37,648 nucleotides of DNA from an uncultured Bdellovibrionales bacterium (GCA_964500865.1 CAZCQJ010000004.1:21377-59024), one strand, 5' to 3'. Shown: positions 25,776 through 35,056, counted from the stretch's first letter. The notes: generated by a model not told the origin, from the letters alone. Made by a program: numbers and translations.

Positions 25776-26930
25776 TTACCGTTTATTCTCACCTGCAAGC
25801 CAACTATATTCTTTGGCTAACTTGGTAGCGCTTAACGACCAAGAAAAACGCTTAATACAAGCCTTAACATGTTCCTCTGCTCGCTTGGGCGCAACAGAAG
25901 TACTATACAAGATTTCGGCGGTTTTTGCAACGTTATCTAGTGGAAAATATGTAACACATTCGCCACCAACTTCGCGGTGCACTAGAGTATCCGAAGCTAC
26001 CACACGTACGCCCTGACTTAATGCTTCGAGCAACGGGAGTCCGAATCCTTCGTAGAGTGACGGAAATGCAAAAAGCTCTGCTCCCGCATATATAAGCGAC
26101 AAATCTTCTGCAGCAATGTATCCCGGAAAAATAACGCTCGACTGCAAACCTAACCGAGTAATCACTTCATCAATACGAGTATCGAAGTGATGTCCGTCTC
26201 GGCGACCCACGAGCACCAACTTTACTTCTGGGTGACTTGCTCTTACTGCTGCAAAAGTTTCTAAAAGGAACGGTATATTTTTACGCGGCTGAAGAGTCCC
26301 TACGTAGAGCCAGTAGACCTTGGGCAACCCGTAACGCTTTTTTATCTCTCCTATGACGCGCTCATCTTTCACTAGCAGTTGCTGAAAATCATCTGCCAGG
26401 GCATTATGAATCACCGTAATGTGCTCAGGTGGTACAGCATACACCTCGGTGATTTCTTGCTTCGTAAATTCTGAAGGCGTAATAATGTGGGCCCGTCGCA
26501 AGGTACGTGGAATCAGAAGCCACAAGAAAAACCGGTCCTTAAGACCAATCAGTTTTGGGTACCGAGCAAAAGAAATGTCATGAATATGCGCTGCAACAGT
26601 GAGTTTTTTAGGCAGCCAAAATGGCAGAATGTACTGCGTGTGCAAGACGTCGATATCTTTCCGTTTTCGTAAAAAGAGCGGGAGTGTGACTGCGTTCCAC
26701 CAAAACCGATTCTGCGGACCAAAATTCTCTATACGTACCCAGGTCATTTCTTCTGTAACTCCAAGTCGCGTCATTGCCTCGGCTAATTCTTTCTCGGTCT
26801 TGTTGGTTAAAAGTATATACCGGTGCTCTCGATGCTCAGCCACAAGTTTTTTGGTAAGCTCAAAAAAAACGGTTTCATCGCCGGTGCGTTTGTTCCCAAT
26901 TACTCGAATATCAATTGCTACTGTCGCCAT
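25776..26930 (-). CDS. glycosyltransferase family 4 (GT-B)
   Basis: Contains PSLYEGFGLPLLEALSQGVRVVASD (EX7E region). Confidence 0.85.
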   Translation of the reverse strand: MATVAIDIRVIGNKRTGDETVFFELTKKLVAEHREHRYILLTNKTEKELAEAMTRLGVTEEMTWVRIENFGPQNRFWWNAVTLPLFLRKRKDIDVLHTQYILPFWLPKKLTVAAHIHDISFARYPKLIGLKDRFFLWLLIPRTLRRAHIITPSEFTKQEITEVYAVPPEHITVIHNALADDFQQLLVKDERVIGEIKKRYGLPKVYWLYVGTLQPRKNIPFLLETFAAVRASHPEVKLVLVGRRDGHHFDTRIDEVITRLGLQSSVIFPGYIAAEDLSLIYAGAELFAFPSLYEGFGLPLLEALSQGVRVVASDTLVHREVGGECVTYFPLDNVAKTAEILYSTSVAPKRAEEHVKACIKRFSWSLSATKLAKEYSWLAGENKR

Positions 26931-28528
26931 AATTTTTGTACTGATAAAGAAGATGCAAAAAAGTATCCTACGAAAACAAGGTACAAGAAAAAGCTCCCGA
27001 GAAACATTCCGGCATTAAACAGGTTGAATACCGTTATACCAACCCAGGTGGCGCCAATCATGCAGAGTACAAAATCTGTTTCATCAGAAAGAGACTTCTC
27101 CTTTCCTTGAGAACGGTACAGCTGCTCCACAAACAGTACCGGCACCGCAAGCCAAAACACTAAAAACAGAAGCAGCCCAACAATCCCCCCGAAAAGCCAC
27201 ACCTCTAGAAAGAGATTACTACTGTTGAGTCCGGCTCCTCGGCCATCGATACCAAAAAGACTTGTGCTGACACCTGGACCAACACCAAAGAGCACATGTT
27301 TCCGAAGCACCTCGGCGCTTTTTTGGTAAATCGTTTTACGGATCGAAACATTCGGATCCGGTCGCTCCACCGTGTGAATAATTTTTCCTTCGGCTACACG
27401 CGCTACCTGTTCTTCGAGCGTAATATGCTGACAACCGTAGGCGTTTAATTCTTCTACATTTACAATCTGCTGTGGCACCGCTCGATCGTCCATACAAGCA
27501 ATGGTAATTTCCTGTTTTCCTCCGGTGCTCTGGAAGCGCTCGTCCAGCTGGAAGCGCGTCAGATGAAGCCCCGTAACAAGAAGGAGCGACAAAGTACACA
27601 TCACAGCAACAAAAATCCCCCATCGTAAAAATACTGAGCGACGTAATAAAAGTACACTCGCAGTCAGCGTGAGTCCGCCACACAAAAACCCAAGCCATGC
27701 ACTTCGACTCACTGTAATAATCAGAGCGGTTGTGAGAAGCGTACCAAGACTAAACAGTAGCACCTGCTGCAAACGGGAACGCATAAAAACTGCCTGGCAG
27801 AGCACTACCAGCAGAGCAAAGAGCAAAAAGAAGCCCAGCCAATCAGCCTCTGGGAATACACTGTTTGGTCGGCCCGGCATCACCATCTGAGTAACCCAGC
27901 TTTTTTCAAAGGCAACCGCCTGATAGAGTCCGTACCCCGCCACCACACTACTACTTACTAAAAACACCTGCACTGTTTGCCAAAAATGCCTTGGTCGCAC
28001 CACAAATATTCTCCCTAGCACATAAATCATTCCGAAAGAAAGAAAAATGAAAAGCTGCCGATACCCCGACGCACCCAACTCATTTACCCAAACAGAAACT
28101 ACCGTAGCGAAAAATAATCCTACCAGAGCACCATCAAACCAACGAAGTCTTGGGATCCGTTTACTTCCCTGTAAGATGAAAAGAAGCGTTACTAACGAAA
28201 GAATCACTGCAAGCCACTGATACAAACGAAGCTCTACTCCTGGAACCGGCACCGCGACAATCGGTAATTCAAAGGGCAAAAAAAATACCAACGCCAACCA
28301 AAAAAAGTGAGGTCGGTACACGCTAAATAAAAAAATGAGTACCGAATAAAACGCAACATACTCGACTGGCAGTGGGAATACAGAAAAAAATGAGAGTCCA
28401 ATGATAAGACACCCGAGTACAGACACCCCGAGTACAAACCACTGATCCTTTTTTTGAAGCACTCCTTCGAACCAAGCCAAAGCCTCCTGAACAAACACGC
28501 GAAACTCTGCTAAAAATTGCTGTAGCAT
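26918..28528 (-). CDS. O-antigen ligase/polymerase-like (Wzy_C-type) polytopic membrane protein
   Basis: Has at least 10 TM segments with one large extracytoplasmic loop, followed by LFGVGPG. The likely start is MLQQFLAEF (ATG 28526-28528), just after the upstream GT4 stop. Confidence 0.7.
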   Translation of the reverse strand: MLQQFLAEFRVFVQEALAWFEGVLQKKDQWFVLGVSVLGCLIIGLSFFSVFPLPVEYVAFYSVLIFLFSVYRPHFFWLALVFFLPFELPIVAVPVPGVELRLYQWLAVILSLVTLLFILQGSKRIPRLRWFDGALVGLFFATVVSVWVNELGASGYRQLFIFLSFGMIYVLGRIFVVRPRHFWQTVQVFLVSSSVVAGYGLYQAVAFEKSWVTQMVMPGRPNSVFPEADWLGFFLLFALLVVLCQAVFMRSRLQQVLLFSLGTLLTTALIITVSRSAWLGFLCGGLTLTASVLLLRRSVFLRWGIFVAVMCTLSLLLVTGLHLTRFQLDERFQSTGGKQEITIACMDDRAVPQQIVNVEELNAYGCQHITLEEQVARVAEGKIIHTVERPDPNVSIRKTIYQKSAEVLRKHVLFGVGPGVSTSLFGIDGRGAGLNSSNLFLEVWLFGGIVGLLLFLVFWLAVPVLFVEQLYRSQGKEKSLSDETDFVLCMIGATWVGITVFNLFNAGMFLGSFFLYLVFVGYFFASSLSVQKLWRQ

Positions 28529-28532
28529 AGAA

Positions 28533-29687
28533 TTATCCTTTCTTTGTATTGTACCCCATAACTTCTTTCGTGAACTGCTCCCAACGAAACTGCTTCGCAA
28601 AGAGCTTGCGAGCAGCCCTTACTTCTGGTGATTCTTGGGCACTCGCTGCAAAAGCTGCCTCGAGAGATTCTCGTGTTAGGGCTTTCACGTGAGTCGTCAC
28701 GGCGCCACCCACTTCTTTAAGCGAAGAGTTATCCAGCGTAAGTGTTGCCGTCCCCTGACTGAGCGCTTCGAGTACCGGCATACCAAAACCCTCGTAGAGC
28801 GACGGGAATACAAAAAGCCGAGCTCCAGCATACAGCGCAGGTAAATCTTCTGTTGGCACAAATCCCAAAAGCTTCACGCTGTCTGTCAAACCAAGTTCTT
28901 TAATTAGCTCCGTTACATGAGTAGCTAGTGTATTTTTTGAACCATGAAGCTTTCCCGAAAGCACGAGAGTTGGCACATTTTCTGTAGCTTCTTTCCAGAA
29001 TTTATAGACCCGTAGAAGTCCGTCTATATTTTTGCGTATTTCAAAACCTCCCCCGGTATACAAGTACCCCGGCGTAAGCTGGTATTTGCTCAGCGTGTCT
29101 GCTTCGTACCCTTGGCTATGCTCCATAAAAAAGAGCGGGTTAATACTCGGGTACGCTACCGTAATATTTTCGGGTGGCAATAAAAGAAGTTCCACTATGT
29201 CATTTTTGGTTGCCTGCGAAACCGCTACTACTGCACCTGCCTTACAGATAGCCCGCTTCGTAAGAGACCAGTGTATTTTTTGACGCCAGTTTCCCCGGTA
29301 TGCCGGAAACCTCTCCGGGATCATATCATGCACCACCATCGTATGCCGCACTATTTTTGGAAGCACGGTAACACACTGATAGAGGGAGATAAAATGCGCT
29401 ACCCTGTATTTCTTTACCGCCAGCGGCAACTGCAGGTATTCCCACAGAAACTTCCGGATAAGATCATCGCGCTGCCACCAAGGACGTAACACTACAAAGG
29501 TAATACCTGGTAGCTCCTCATCGGCCAAGGCCACCCGCTCATCGGTAAAAATAAGTATCGTCGCTGGTGACACTTCCTTCGTATTCGCAGCAGCCAGGGT
29601 GCGCAGAAAAAACAAGGTTACCTCGCCAATGCCGGTACCTGGTTTCCGTAAAAAGAGGCCGTTAATGCCTATTGTAGATATATCCAT
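28533..29687 (-). CDS. glycosyltransferase family 4 (GT-B)
   Basis: Contains PSLYEGFGMPVLEALSQGTATL. The likely start is MDISTIGINGLFL (ATG 29685-29687), 8 nt after a -10 box. Confidence 0.85.
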   Translation of the reverse strand: MDISTIGINGLFLRKPGTGIGEVTLFFLRTLAAANTKEVSPATILIFTDERVALADEELPGITFVVLRPWWQRDDLIRKFLWEYLQLPLAVKKYRVAHFISLYQCVTVLPKIVRHTMVVHDMIPERFPAYRGNWRQKIHWSLTKRAICKAGAVVAVSQATKNDIVELLLLPPENITVAYPSINPLFFMEHSQGYEADTLSKYQLTPGYLYTGGGFEIRKNIDGLLRVYKFWKEATENVPTLVLSGKLHGSKNTLATHVTELIKELGLTDSVKLLGFVPTEDLPALYAGARLFVFPSLYEGFGMPVLEALSQGTATLTLDNSSLKEVGGAVTTHVKALTRESLEAAFAASAQESPEVRAARKLFAKQFRWEQFTKEVMGYNTKKG

Positions 29688-29695
29688 ATACAGCC

Positions 29696-29723
29696 AGTAT
29701 ACCAGCATTTTTCCTATTGACAA
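29696..29723 (-). promoter_or_regulatory. sigma70-like promoter (TTGTCA-16 nt-TATACT) for the minus-strand glycan operon; near-leaderless
   Basis: On the reverse complement, TTGTCA is at 29718-29723 and TATACT at 29696-29701. The ATG lies 8 nt downstream of the -10. Confidence 0.5.
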
Positions 29724-29745
29724 ACCCTTCTTTTTTTGCTATAAT
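29717..29745 (+). promoter_or_regulatory. perfect consensus sigma70 promoter (TTGACA-17 nt-TATAAT) for the beta-barrel-like gene
   Basis: TTGACA at 29717-29722 and TATAAT at 29740-29745. Its -35 overlaps the -35 of the divergent promoter. Confidence 0.7.
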
Positions 29746-29826
29746 CGGCTGTTGAGTTGCTTTCCGCACCTTAACGGTTTTTTGGGGATATTTCCCCCTA
29801 ATCGCGCAACAACAGGAGGATTTCTC

Positions 29827-30492
29827 ATGCGCAAGATTGTTCTTTTCACGCTCGCGGCTTCGGCTACAGTAGCGCTCCCCGCTGCTGCTCAGGCTGAAGT
29901 GTCTGGTTCGACAGCTATGCACACCGGTCACTTTTTTGACGACTTGTTCGTCTCAACGACGACGCCATCAGTTACGGCCGGCGTGACCGTCACAAAAGAT
30001 AACTGCAGCGGGGCGGCTTGGGGGTTGCACGCCGCAAACCCCAACGATGACCGCGGCTGGGAGGTTGACCTCACAGCCAGCTGTGACTTTCAGTTGGCAA
30101 AAAAAACCAGCGTGACTGTTACCACCGAGCGATATCTTATCGCTGGGCCTGACATAACGGTTGCGGAAATCGGCCTGACACAAACCATCGACGAAAAAAG
30201 CAGCGTGACCCTTACGGGCACCCACTATGCTGTCGACGGACCGGCCAAAGATGCAAATCGCATCCAAGTCAGCTACGATCGCTCTCTTGCTGACAGCAAG
30301 TTCGATCTCGGCGTAGCCGCCACCTGGGAAACCGGGTTCGACTCGCCAGATATTGTAACTGCCAAGGCGAGCGTCACCTGGCATGCTACGGACCGCCTTT
30401 CTCTTGGTGTCACTGGGATTATCCCTGTGATGAAGAAGGGCTGGGATGAACGTAAAAGTCGCGTGATGGCGAGCGTCACCTGGAGCTTCTAA
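29827..30492 (+). CDS. secreted protein with outer-membrane beta-barrel-like features
   Basis: AGGAGG SD at 29815-29820, 6 nt upstream of the ATG. Signal peptide MRKIVLFTLAASATVALPAAAQA. About 10-12 strands with alternating hydrophobic residues, and a C-terminal ...ASVTWSF. The track ORF 29599.. has a spurious upstream extension. Confidence 0.7.
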   Translation: MRKIVLFTLAASATVALPAAAQAEVSGSTAMHTGHFFDDLFVSTTTPSVTAGVTVTKDNCSGAAWGLHAANPNDDRGWEVDLTASCDFQLAKKTSVTVTTERYLIAGPDITVAEIGLTQTIDEKSSVTLTGTHYAVDGPAKDANRIQVSYDRSLADSKFDLGVAATWETGFDSPDIVTAKASVTWHATDRLSLGVTGIIPVMKKGWDERKSRVMASVTWSF

Positions 30493-30505
30493 AGCTCCGA
30501 AAAGT

Positions 30506-30545
30506 GCCAGGGAACCAAACGGATCCCTGGCCTTTTTTCTTTTTC
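30506..30545 (+). terminator. rho-independent terminator after the beta-barrel-like gene
   Basis: GCCAGGGA-aaccaaacgga-TCCCTGGC followed by CTTTTTTCTTTTT. Confidence 0.8.
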
Positions 30546-30662
30546 TCCATTCTCTGCAAACCATATTGTCAACATTTCCTTCCTTGAATTATCCTCCCCT
30601 GGCTTTTTTTGTGGCTTTTTTTTATACTATAGGGGTTATACTTGATTTATTTCTCTTTATTT

Positions 30663-31952
30663 ATGGAACAAACAAAAACCGTTAGTGTTATTGGTTTAGG
30701 GTATGTTGGACTCCCCTTAGCCGTGCGTTGCCAGGAGCGCGGCTACCAAACTATTGGCCTCGATATCGACGAAGCCAAGATGGCACTTCTGCGAGACGGG
30801 AAAAATCCTTTTCAGGATGACTACATCGACGAAAATCTTTCGCGTTACCCACTCACTACCCTTACTACCAATGCCGCAGATATCGCTGCTGCTGATATTC
30901 ATATCATTGCGGTACCAACACCGGTTGATGCGCAACGCCACCCAGATCTTACCCCGGTGATTAAGGCGTCAGAAACCGTAGCGCAGTACGCAAAAAAAGG
31001 ATCCCTCGTTATTCTAGAATCGACCGTGAACCCGTACGTTTCTGAGGAAGTCGTGAAGCCTATTTTCGAACGGGCCGGTTTTACGATTGGCAAAGACCTC
31101 TATATTAGTCACTGCCCTGAGCGCATTAACCCGGGTGACCCACAGTGGAATGTGACCAATATTCCTCGTGTGGTTGGTTCATTTGATAAAACAGGGCTCA
31201 ATATGTCGCTCGAATTCTACCGCTCTATTGTTGATGCCGAGATTCGCCCGATGCGTCACATCCGCGAAGCAGAGGCTGTCAAGATTCTCGAGAATTCTTT
31301 CCGCAATATTAATATCGCCTTCGTAAACGAAATTGCGCGGTCTTTCGACAAAATGGATATTGATGTTAAAGATGTTATTGATGGAGCTGCTACCAAGCCA
31401 TTCGCTTTTATGGCTCACTACCCTTCGTGTGGTGTGGGTGGTCATTGTATTCCAGTTGACCCACACTACTTGGTAGAGCGAGCCAAAGAAAGTGGCTTTC
31501 ATCACGATTTCCTGAGTCTTGCTATCCGCACTAACGACGAAATGCCAGCCTACACCGTAGAGCGTCTTCAGGATGCCATGAACGAAATGGCACTTCCTGT
31601 GAAAGGAAAAACTGTTGGTGTTTTGGGTCTATCGTACAAGGCTAATGTTGCCGACTTACGTGAATCCCCTGCTGAAATTCTCATCGAAGAACTTAAGGCT
31701 CACCATGCAACGGTAGTAACTTTTGATCCGCTTATTCCAGAGCACTCTTCAGAAAAATCTCTGGCTGATTTCCTAGCAAAGTGTGACGCTGTTATCCTCG
31801 CTACCAATCACAAGGTCTTCATCGAAGAACTTACACCAGAGCTCATCATTGAAAATAACATCAAAGCTTTTGTCGATGGCAAGAACTGTCTCGACCGCGA
31901 CGCCTTCATGGCACACGCCGAGCACTTCATCTACCGTGGTATTGGCCGTTAA
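30663..31952 (+). CDS. nucleotide-sugar dehydrogenase (UDP-glucose/GDP-mannose dehydrogenase family)
   Basis: Has a Rossmann fold (VIGLGYVGLPLA) and the catalytic Cys region CGVGGHCIPVDP. ATG at 30663; the track ORF begins at a TTG at 30642. Confidence 0.9.
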   Translation: MEQTKTVSVIGLGYVGLPLAVRCQERGYQTIGLDIDEAKMALLRDGKNPFQDDYIDENLSRYPLTTLTTNAADIAAADIHIIAVPTPVDAQRHPDLTPVIKASETVAQYAKKGSLVILESTVNPYVSEEVVKPIFERAGFTIGKDLYISHCPERINPGDPQWNVTNIPRVVGSFDKTGLNMSLEFYRSIVDAEIRPMRHIREAEAVKILENSFRNINIAFVNEIARSFDKMDIDVKDVIDGAATKPFAFMAHYPSCGVGGHCIPVDPHYLVERAKESGFHHDFLSLAIRTNDEMPAYTVERLQDAMNEMALPVKGKTVGVLGLSYKANVADLRESPAEILIEELKAHHATVVTFDPLIPEHSSEKSLADFLAKCDAVILATNHKVFIEELTPELIIENNIKAFVDGKNCLDRDAFMAHAEHFIYRGIGR

Positions 31953-31961
31953 TCCAACTCT

Positions 31962-32204
31962 ATGTTGTTTCTCATTATTCGTCTCGCTATTTGGCTTGCT
32001 GGTTTAGTGGTCGTTCTCTATTTTGTCCTAAACTTTTTTGGGTACACCATTAACCAAGATTATTTCCTCGATAACAAAACTGCCTGCCAAGAGGCTCTTC
32101 TACAGTGTCAAAAAGACTTGGTGCGGACCGGCGTAGAAGGCGCTAAGGAAACCTGCTCACTCAATTGTCTAGACCCAAATATTCTCATTCAAAAAAAGAA
32201 CTAG
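31962..32204 (+). CDS. 80-aa small membrane protein with a four-Cys extracytoplasmic tail
   Basis: N-terminal TM helix LAIWLAGLVVVLYFVLNFF. It is tightly linked to the dehydrogenase gene and is followed by a terminator. Confidence 0.5.
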   Translation: MLFLIIRLAIWLAGLVVVLYFVLNFFGYTINQDYFLDNKTACQEALLQCQKDLVRTGVEGAKETCSLNCLDPNILIQKKN

Positions 32205-32212
32205 CCTTGCTC

Positions 32213-32252
32213 CCACCCGATTGTCCTATTGTACTCGGGTGGCTCTTTTTTT
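32213..32252 (+). terminator. rho-independent terminator
   Basis: CCACCCGA...TCGGGTGG 8-bp stem followed by CTCTTTTTTT. Confidence 0.75.
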
Positions 32253-32326
32253 AGTGGTATACTGTAAGTACCCTTTCTTTTCTAGTGTTTTCTAGGTAAG
32301 GGCGTTATATGTTATCTCTTTATTTT

Positions 32327-33277
32327 ATGCGTCTCATCGTAAACCTGCCCGCTTTTAACGAAGCCGAAAAAATTGCCGAAACTATTCAGCGTATCCCACG
32401 TTCGTTCCCTGGTATCAGCGAAGTATTCGTGCAAGTCATTGACGATGGATCACAAGACAAAACTCTGGCCGAAGCTAAGCGTGCCCAGGCAGATTTTATT
32501 TACTCAAACGGAGTCAACCGTGGCGTCGGAAAAACCTTCCGTCACGCAGTAGAGCGCGCCCTCGAAAACGGCGCCGACATTATGGTAAACATGGATGCCG
32601 ATGGACAGTTTGAACCAAAAGATATCGAAAAGCTGATTGCGCCCATTCTGGCAAATCAGTTTGACATAGTGAGCGCCGACCGATTTGATCATCTGGCTGC
32701 AAAAAATATCCCCTTCCTTAAGGATGTCTTGAATCGTCTTGCTGCCAAGCTTATCGGGAGTTTTATGAATGAGAATATTAAAGACCTCACCTGTGGTTTC
32801 CGCGCCTATAACCGGGAAACCCTTTTGCGCTTGAACCTCCCTGGCGACTATACCTACACCCAAGAAACTATTATTGATGCTCTTGGGAAAGACCTCAAGA
32901 TTACCTGGGTCCCTGTAGAAGTTACCTATTACGCCGGCCGCAAATCACGTGTCGTAAAAACTATCTGGAGCTATGTGAACAACAGTTTCCGCATTATCAT
33001 AAGGGCCATCCGTGACGTGCGACCTATGAAATTTTTTGGTATCCCTGGCCTCCTGCTGATTGCGCTTGGTCTCTTCGGATTTACTGTCTTCTTAGTGCTG
33101 TATGCTCAGTCATTTAAAATTACGCCTTACCGTAACTACCTCTGGTTTAGTGGTGCCGCTTTCTTTGTTGGTCTTCAGTTTTTTGTCTTTGCCCTCATTG
33201 CAGACACCATTCGCTCGAGCCGCCGCCTAACAGAAGAAGTCCTCTATCAAATGAAGAAGGACCGTTACCAAAAATAG
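32327..33277 (+). CDS. GT2 polyprenyl-phosphate glycosyltransferase (GtrB/ArnC/DPM1-like) with C-terminal TM helices
   Basis: Contains LPAFNEAE, VIDDGSQDKT and DADGQF, with two C-terminal TM helices. The likely start is MRLIVNLPAFNE. Confidence 0.85.
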   Translation: MRLIVNLPAFNEAEKIAETIQRIPRSFPGISEVFVQVIDDGSQDKTLAEAKRAQADFIYSNGVNRGVGKTFRHAVERALENGADIMVNMDADGQFEPKDIEKLIAPILANQFDIVSADRFDHLAAKNIPFLKDVLNRLAAKLIGSFMNENIKDLTCGFRAYNRETLLRLNLPGDYTYTQETIIDALGKDLKITWVPVEVTYYAGRKSRVVKTIWSYVNNSFRIIIRAIRDVRPMKFFGIPGLLLIALGLFGFTVFLVLYAQSFKITPYRNYLWFSGAAFFVGLQFFVFALIADTIRSSRRLTEEVLYQMKKDRYQK

Positions 33278-33289
33278 TGGCCTTATACG

Positions 33290-35056
33290 ATGCCCTTCAA
33301 AGAACCCTTCCAACCAGCTACTCAGGAAAAACCTTCTCTCAAAAAAGAAACTGGGGAGCGTTTAGATTTTCCTAAAGAAATGTACGCTGTGTCTGGATTT
33401 GATGAACCAAATTTTGCACACTACGAAAGAAGTAAACGATTCGATAAAGCTATCGAGGAAGAGGTCTCTTATTTAGAAATAGCTCTATCAAGAGCAGATC
33501 AAGAATCCCTCTATGCAATTATTGCAAATAGACATGGAAGTGGCCGTATACAACTTAAAGCACTCCAAGAAGCCGCTCATTCATCTCCACCAGAAACCTT
33601 CCGTTGGTTTGCAAAACAGGCACTTCTCAAGGGAAGCGCCGAGGAGAAATCTTTTATTCTTTCCGTCATGGACAGATTCTCTCCGGAGGAACGGACAGAG
33701 ATCATGCTCTATTTTACCGAAACGCCGAATGACCCTCCTTTTGTAAAGGATGCATTCATAAATGCACGATTACTTGATGTAAAAGAGGAAGAACGTAGCG
33801 CTTTTGTTCAAACGCTCCTAAACTCACCTACTATCGCAACTCGTCTAGCTGCGATAGACTATTTACGCCTTGTTCCTAAAGACAAACAACTAAAACTTAT
33901 TTACAGCCTTTTATCTACTGAGAACGAAAAAATACGAGCTGAAGCATTTAAAAAAATAAATCTACTTCCCAAGACGAAAGAAGGCTCCCGATTACAACGT
34001 ATTTTTGCTCCTTTTTTTAAACTCATTTCTCAGTTACCCGATACAACCCGAGAGGATTTTCTCTTAAAGACATTTCGGGCATCAAACTCCGAAGAAGCTC
34101 AAAAGGCAGCTCTGCAAAATCTTCGCTACAGCGCTGGATATCTGAGCCCTAAATCAAAAGATGTCTACAAGGCCGCTTTAAAATCAAGATTTCCATTCAT
34201 TCGAAAATCAGCCATTCGGTATGCCCTACTTAACCATCCAGGTGCCTTTAACGAAGATAAGCTCCTTGCCTCCCTACAGAAGGACTCTACTATAGAAGTC
34301 AGGGCAGTAGCCGTAGATCTTACCTACATCCAGCTATGGCATAAAGGGCCTGAATACCAGGAAGAATTAGTCGCTCTTATTCGAAAAAACCTACAATCAA
34401 AAGAAATTGAACTTCAACAAGGCGCTGCCAAAAGTATATTCCGAATTAATGATCTTAAAATCCGTAAGGAGCTCCTCGCAGAAAATCCAGATATCTCCCC
34501 TTTCTTTGTTCAGTCTCCTCTTTATAACAAACACGAAACCCTCTCTTCAGAAAGATTTGAGCGCGCTGATTTTGAAAAAGACGGATCAAAAACAACTCTC
34601 CTCGGTGGAAGCCTAAAAAACCTACTTATTATTCGTCACATAAATGCAGAGAGTTTTCTTAGCTGGAAAAAAGCTTACGAAAACCATTCTGCCTGGCAAA
34701 AAGCTGGCTTCGATTATGTACCCATGGAACCAATCCAGTCATACCAGTTTGATGCATCAATTGGTCAGGTAAGAGTAGCCTCCGGAGTACTTGATATGAG
34801 TTTTGGTCAGTGGAAACGCCTTGCAATGGACACGCCCGAACATCTCCATGAGCTAGAAGAAAAGCAGGCTACAATCCTAGAGACACTCTCTTTGCTCGGA
34901 GTCATTCACGGTCATGCTCATAATGAAAACTTTGTCCTGCGGTTTTTTAGAAATCCAGATGGATCCGTTGACTTTGACCGCTGTCCACGTATTTACATTA
35001 TTGATTTTGACCAATCTAAAAGTTCTCGCGATAAAACTCCCCACTCAAATTCTTAA
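33290..35056 (+). CDS. hypothetical protein: HEAT/ARM-like repeats plus a C-terminal atypical protein-kinase-like domain
   Basis: Repeated ..IR..A...L.. helices (IRAEAFKKI, IRKSAIRYAL, VRAVAVDL). The C-terminus has GVIHGHAHNENFVL and IYIIDFDQSK, resembling the HGDxHxxN / IDFD motifs of Kdo/WaaP/RIO-like kinases. GC content is markedly lower than in neighbouring genes. Confidence 0.6.
   Translation: MPFKEPFQPATQEKPSLKKETGERLDFPKEMYAVSGFDEPNFAHYERSKRFDKAIEEEVSYLEIALSRADQESLYAIIANRHGSGRIQLKALQEAAHSSPPETFRWFAKQALLKGSAEEKSFILSVMDRFSPEERTEIMLYFTETPNDPPFVKDAFINARLLDVKEEERSAFVQTLLNSPTIATRLAAIDYLRLVPKDKQLKLIYSLLSTENEKIRAEAFKKINLLPKTKEGSRLQRIFAPFFKLISQLPDTTREDFLLKTFRASNSEEAQKAALQNLRYSAGYLSPKSKDVYKAALKSRFPFIRKSAIRYALLNHPGAFNEDKLLASLQKDSTIEVRAVAVDLTYIQLWHKGPEYQEELVALIRKNLQSKEIELQQGAAKSIFRINDLKIRKELLAENPDISPFFVQSPLYNKHETLSSERFERADFEKDGSKTTLLGGSLKNLLIIRHINAESFLSWKKAYENHSAWQKAGFDYVPMEPIQSYQFDASIGQVRVASGVLDMSFGQWKRLAMDTPEHLHELEEKQATILETLSLLGVIHGHAHNENFVLRFFRNPDGSVDFDRCPRIYIIDFDQSKSSRDKTPHSNS

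Noticed and set aside
30600-30625. Direct repeat GGCTTTTTTT x2 upstream of the nucleotide-sugar dehydrogenase gene.
   Set aside because: It is a short, T-rich, low-complexity sequence. It is probably just part of an AT-rich promoter or UP-like region, with no further support.
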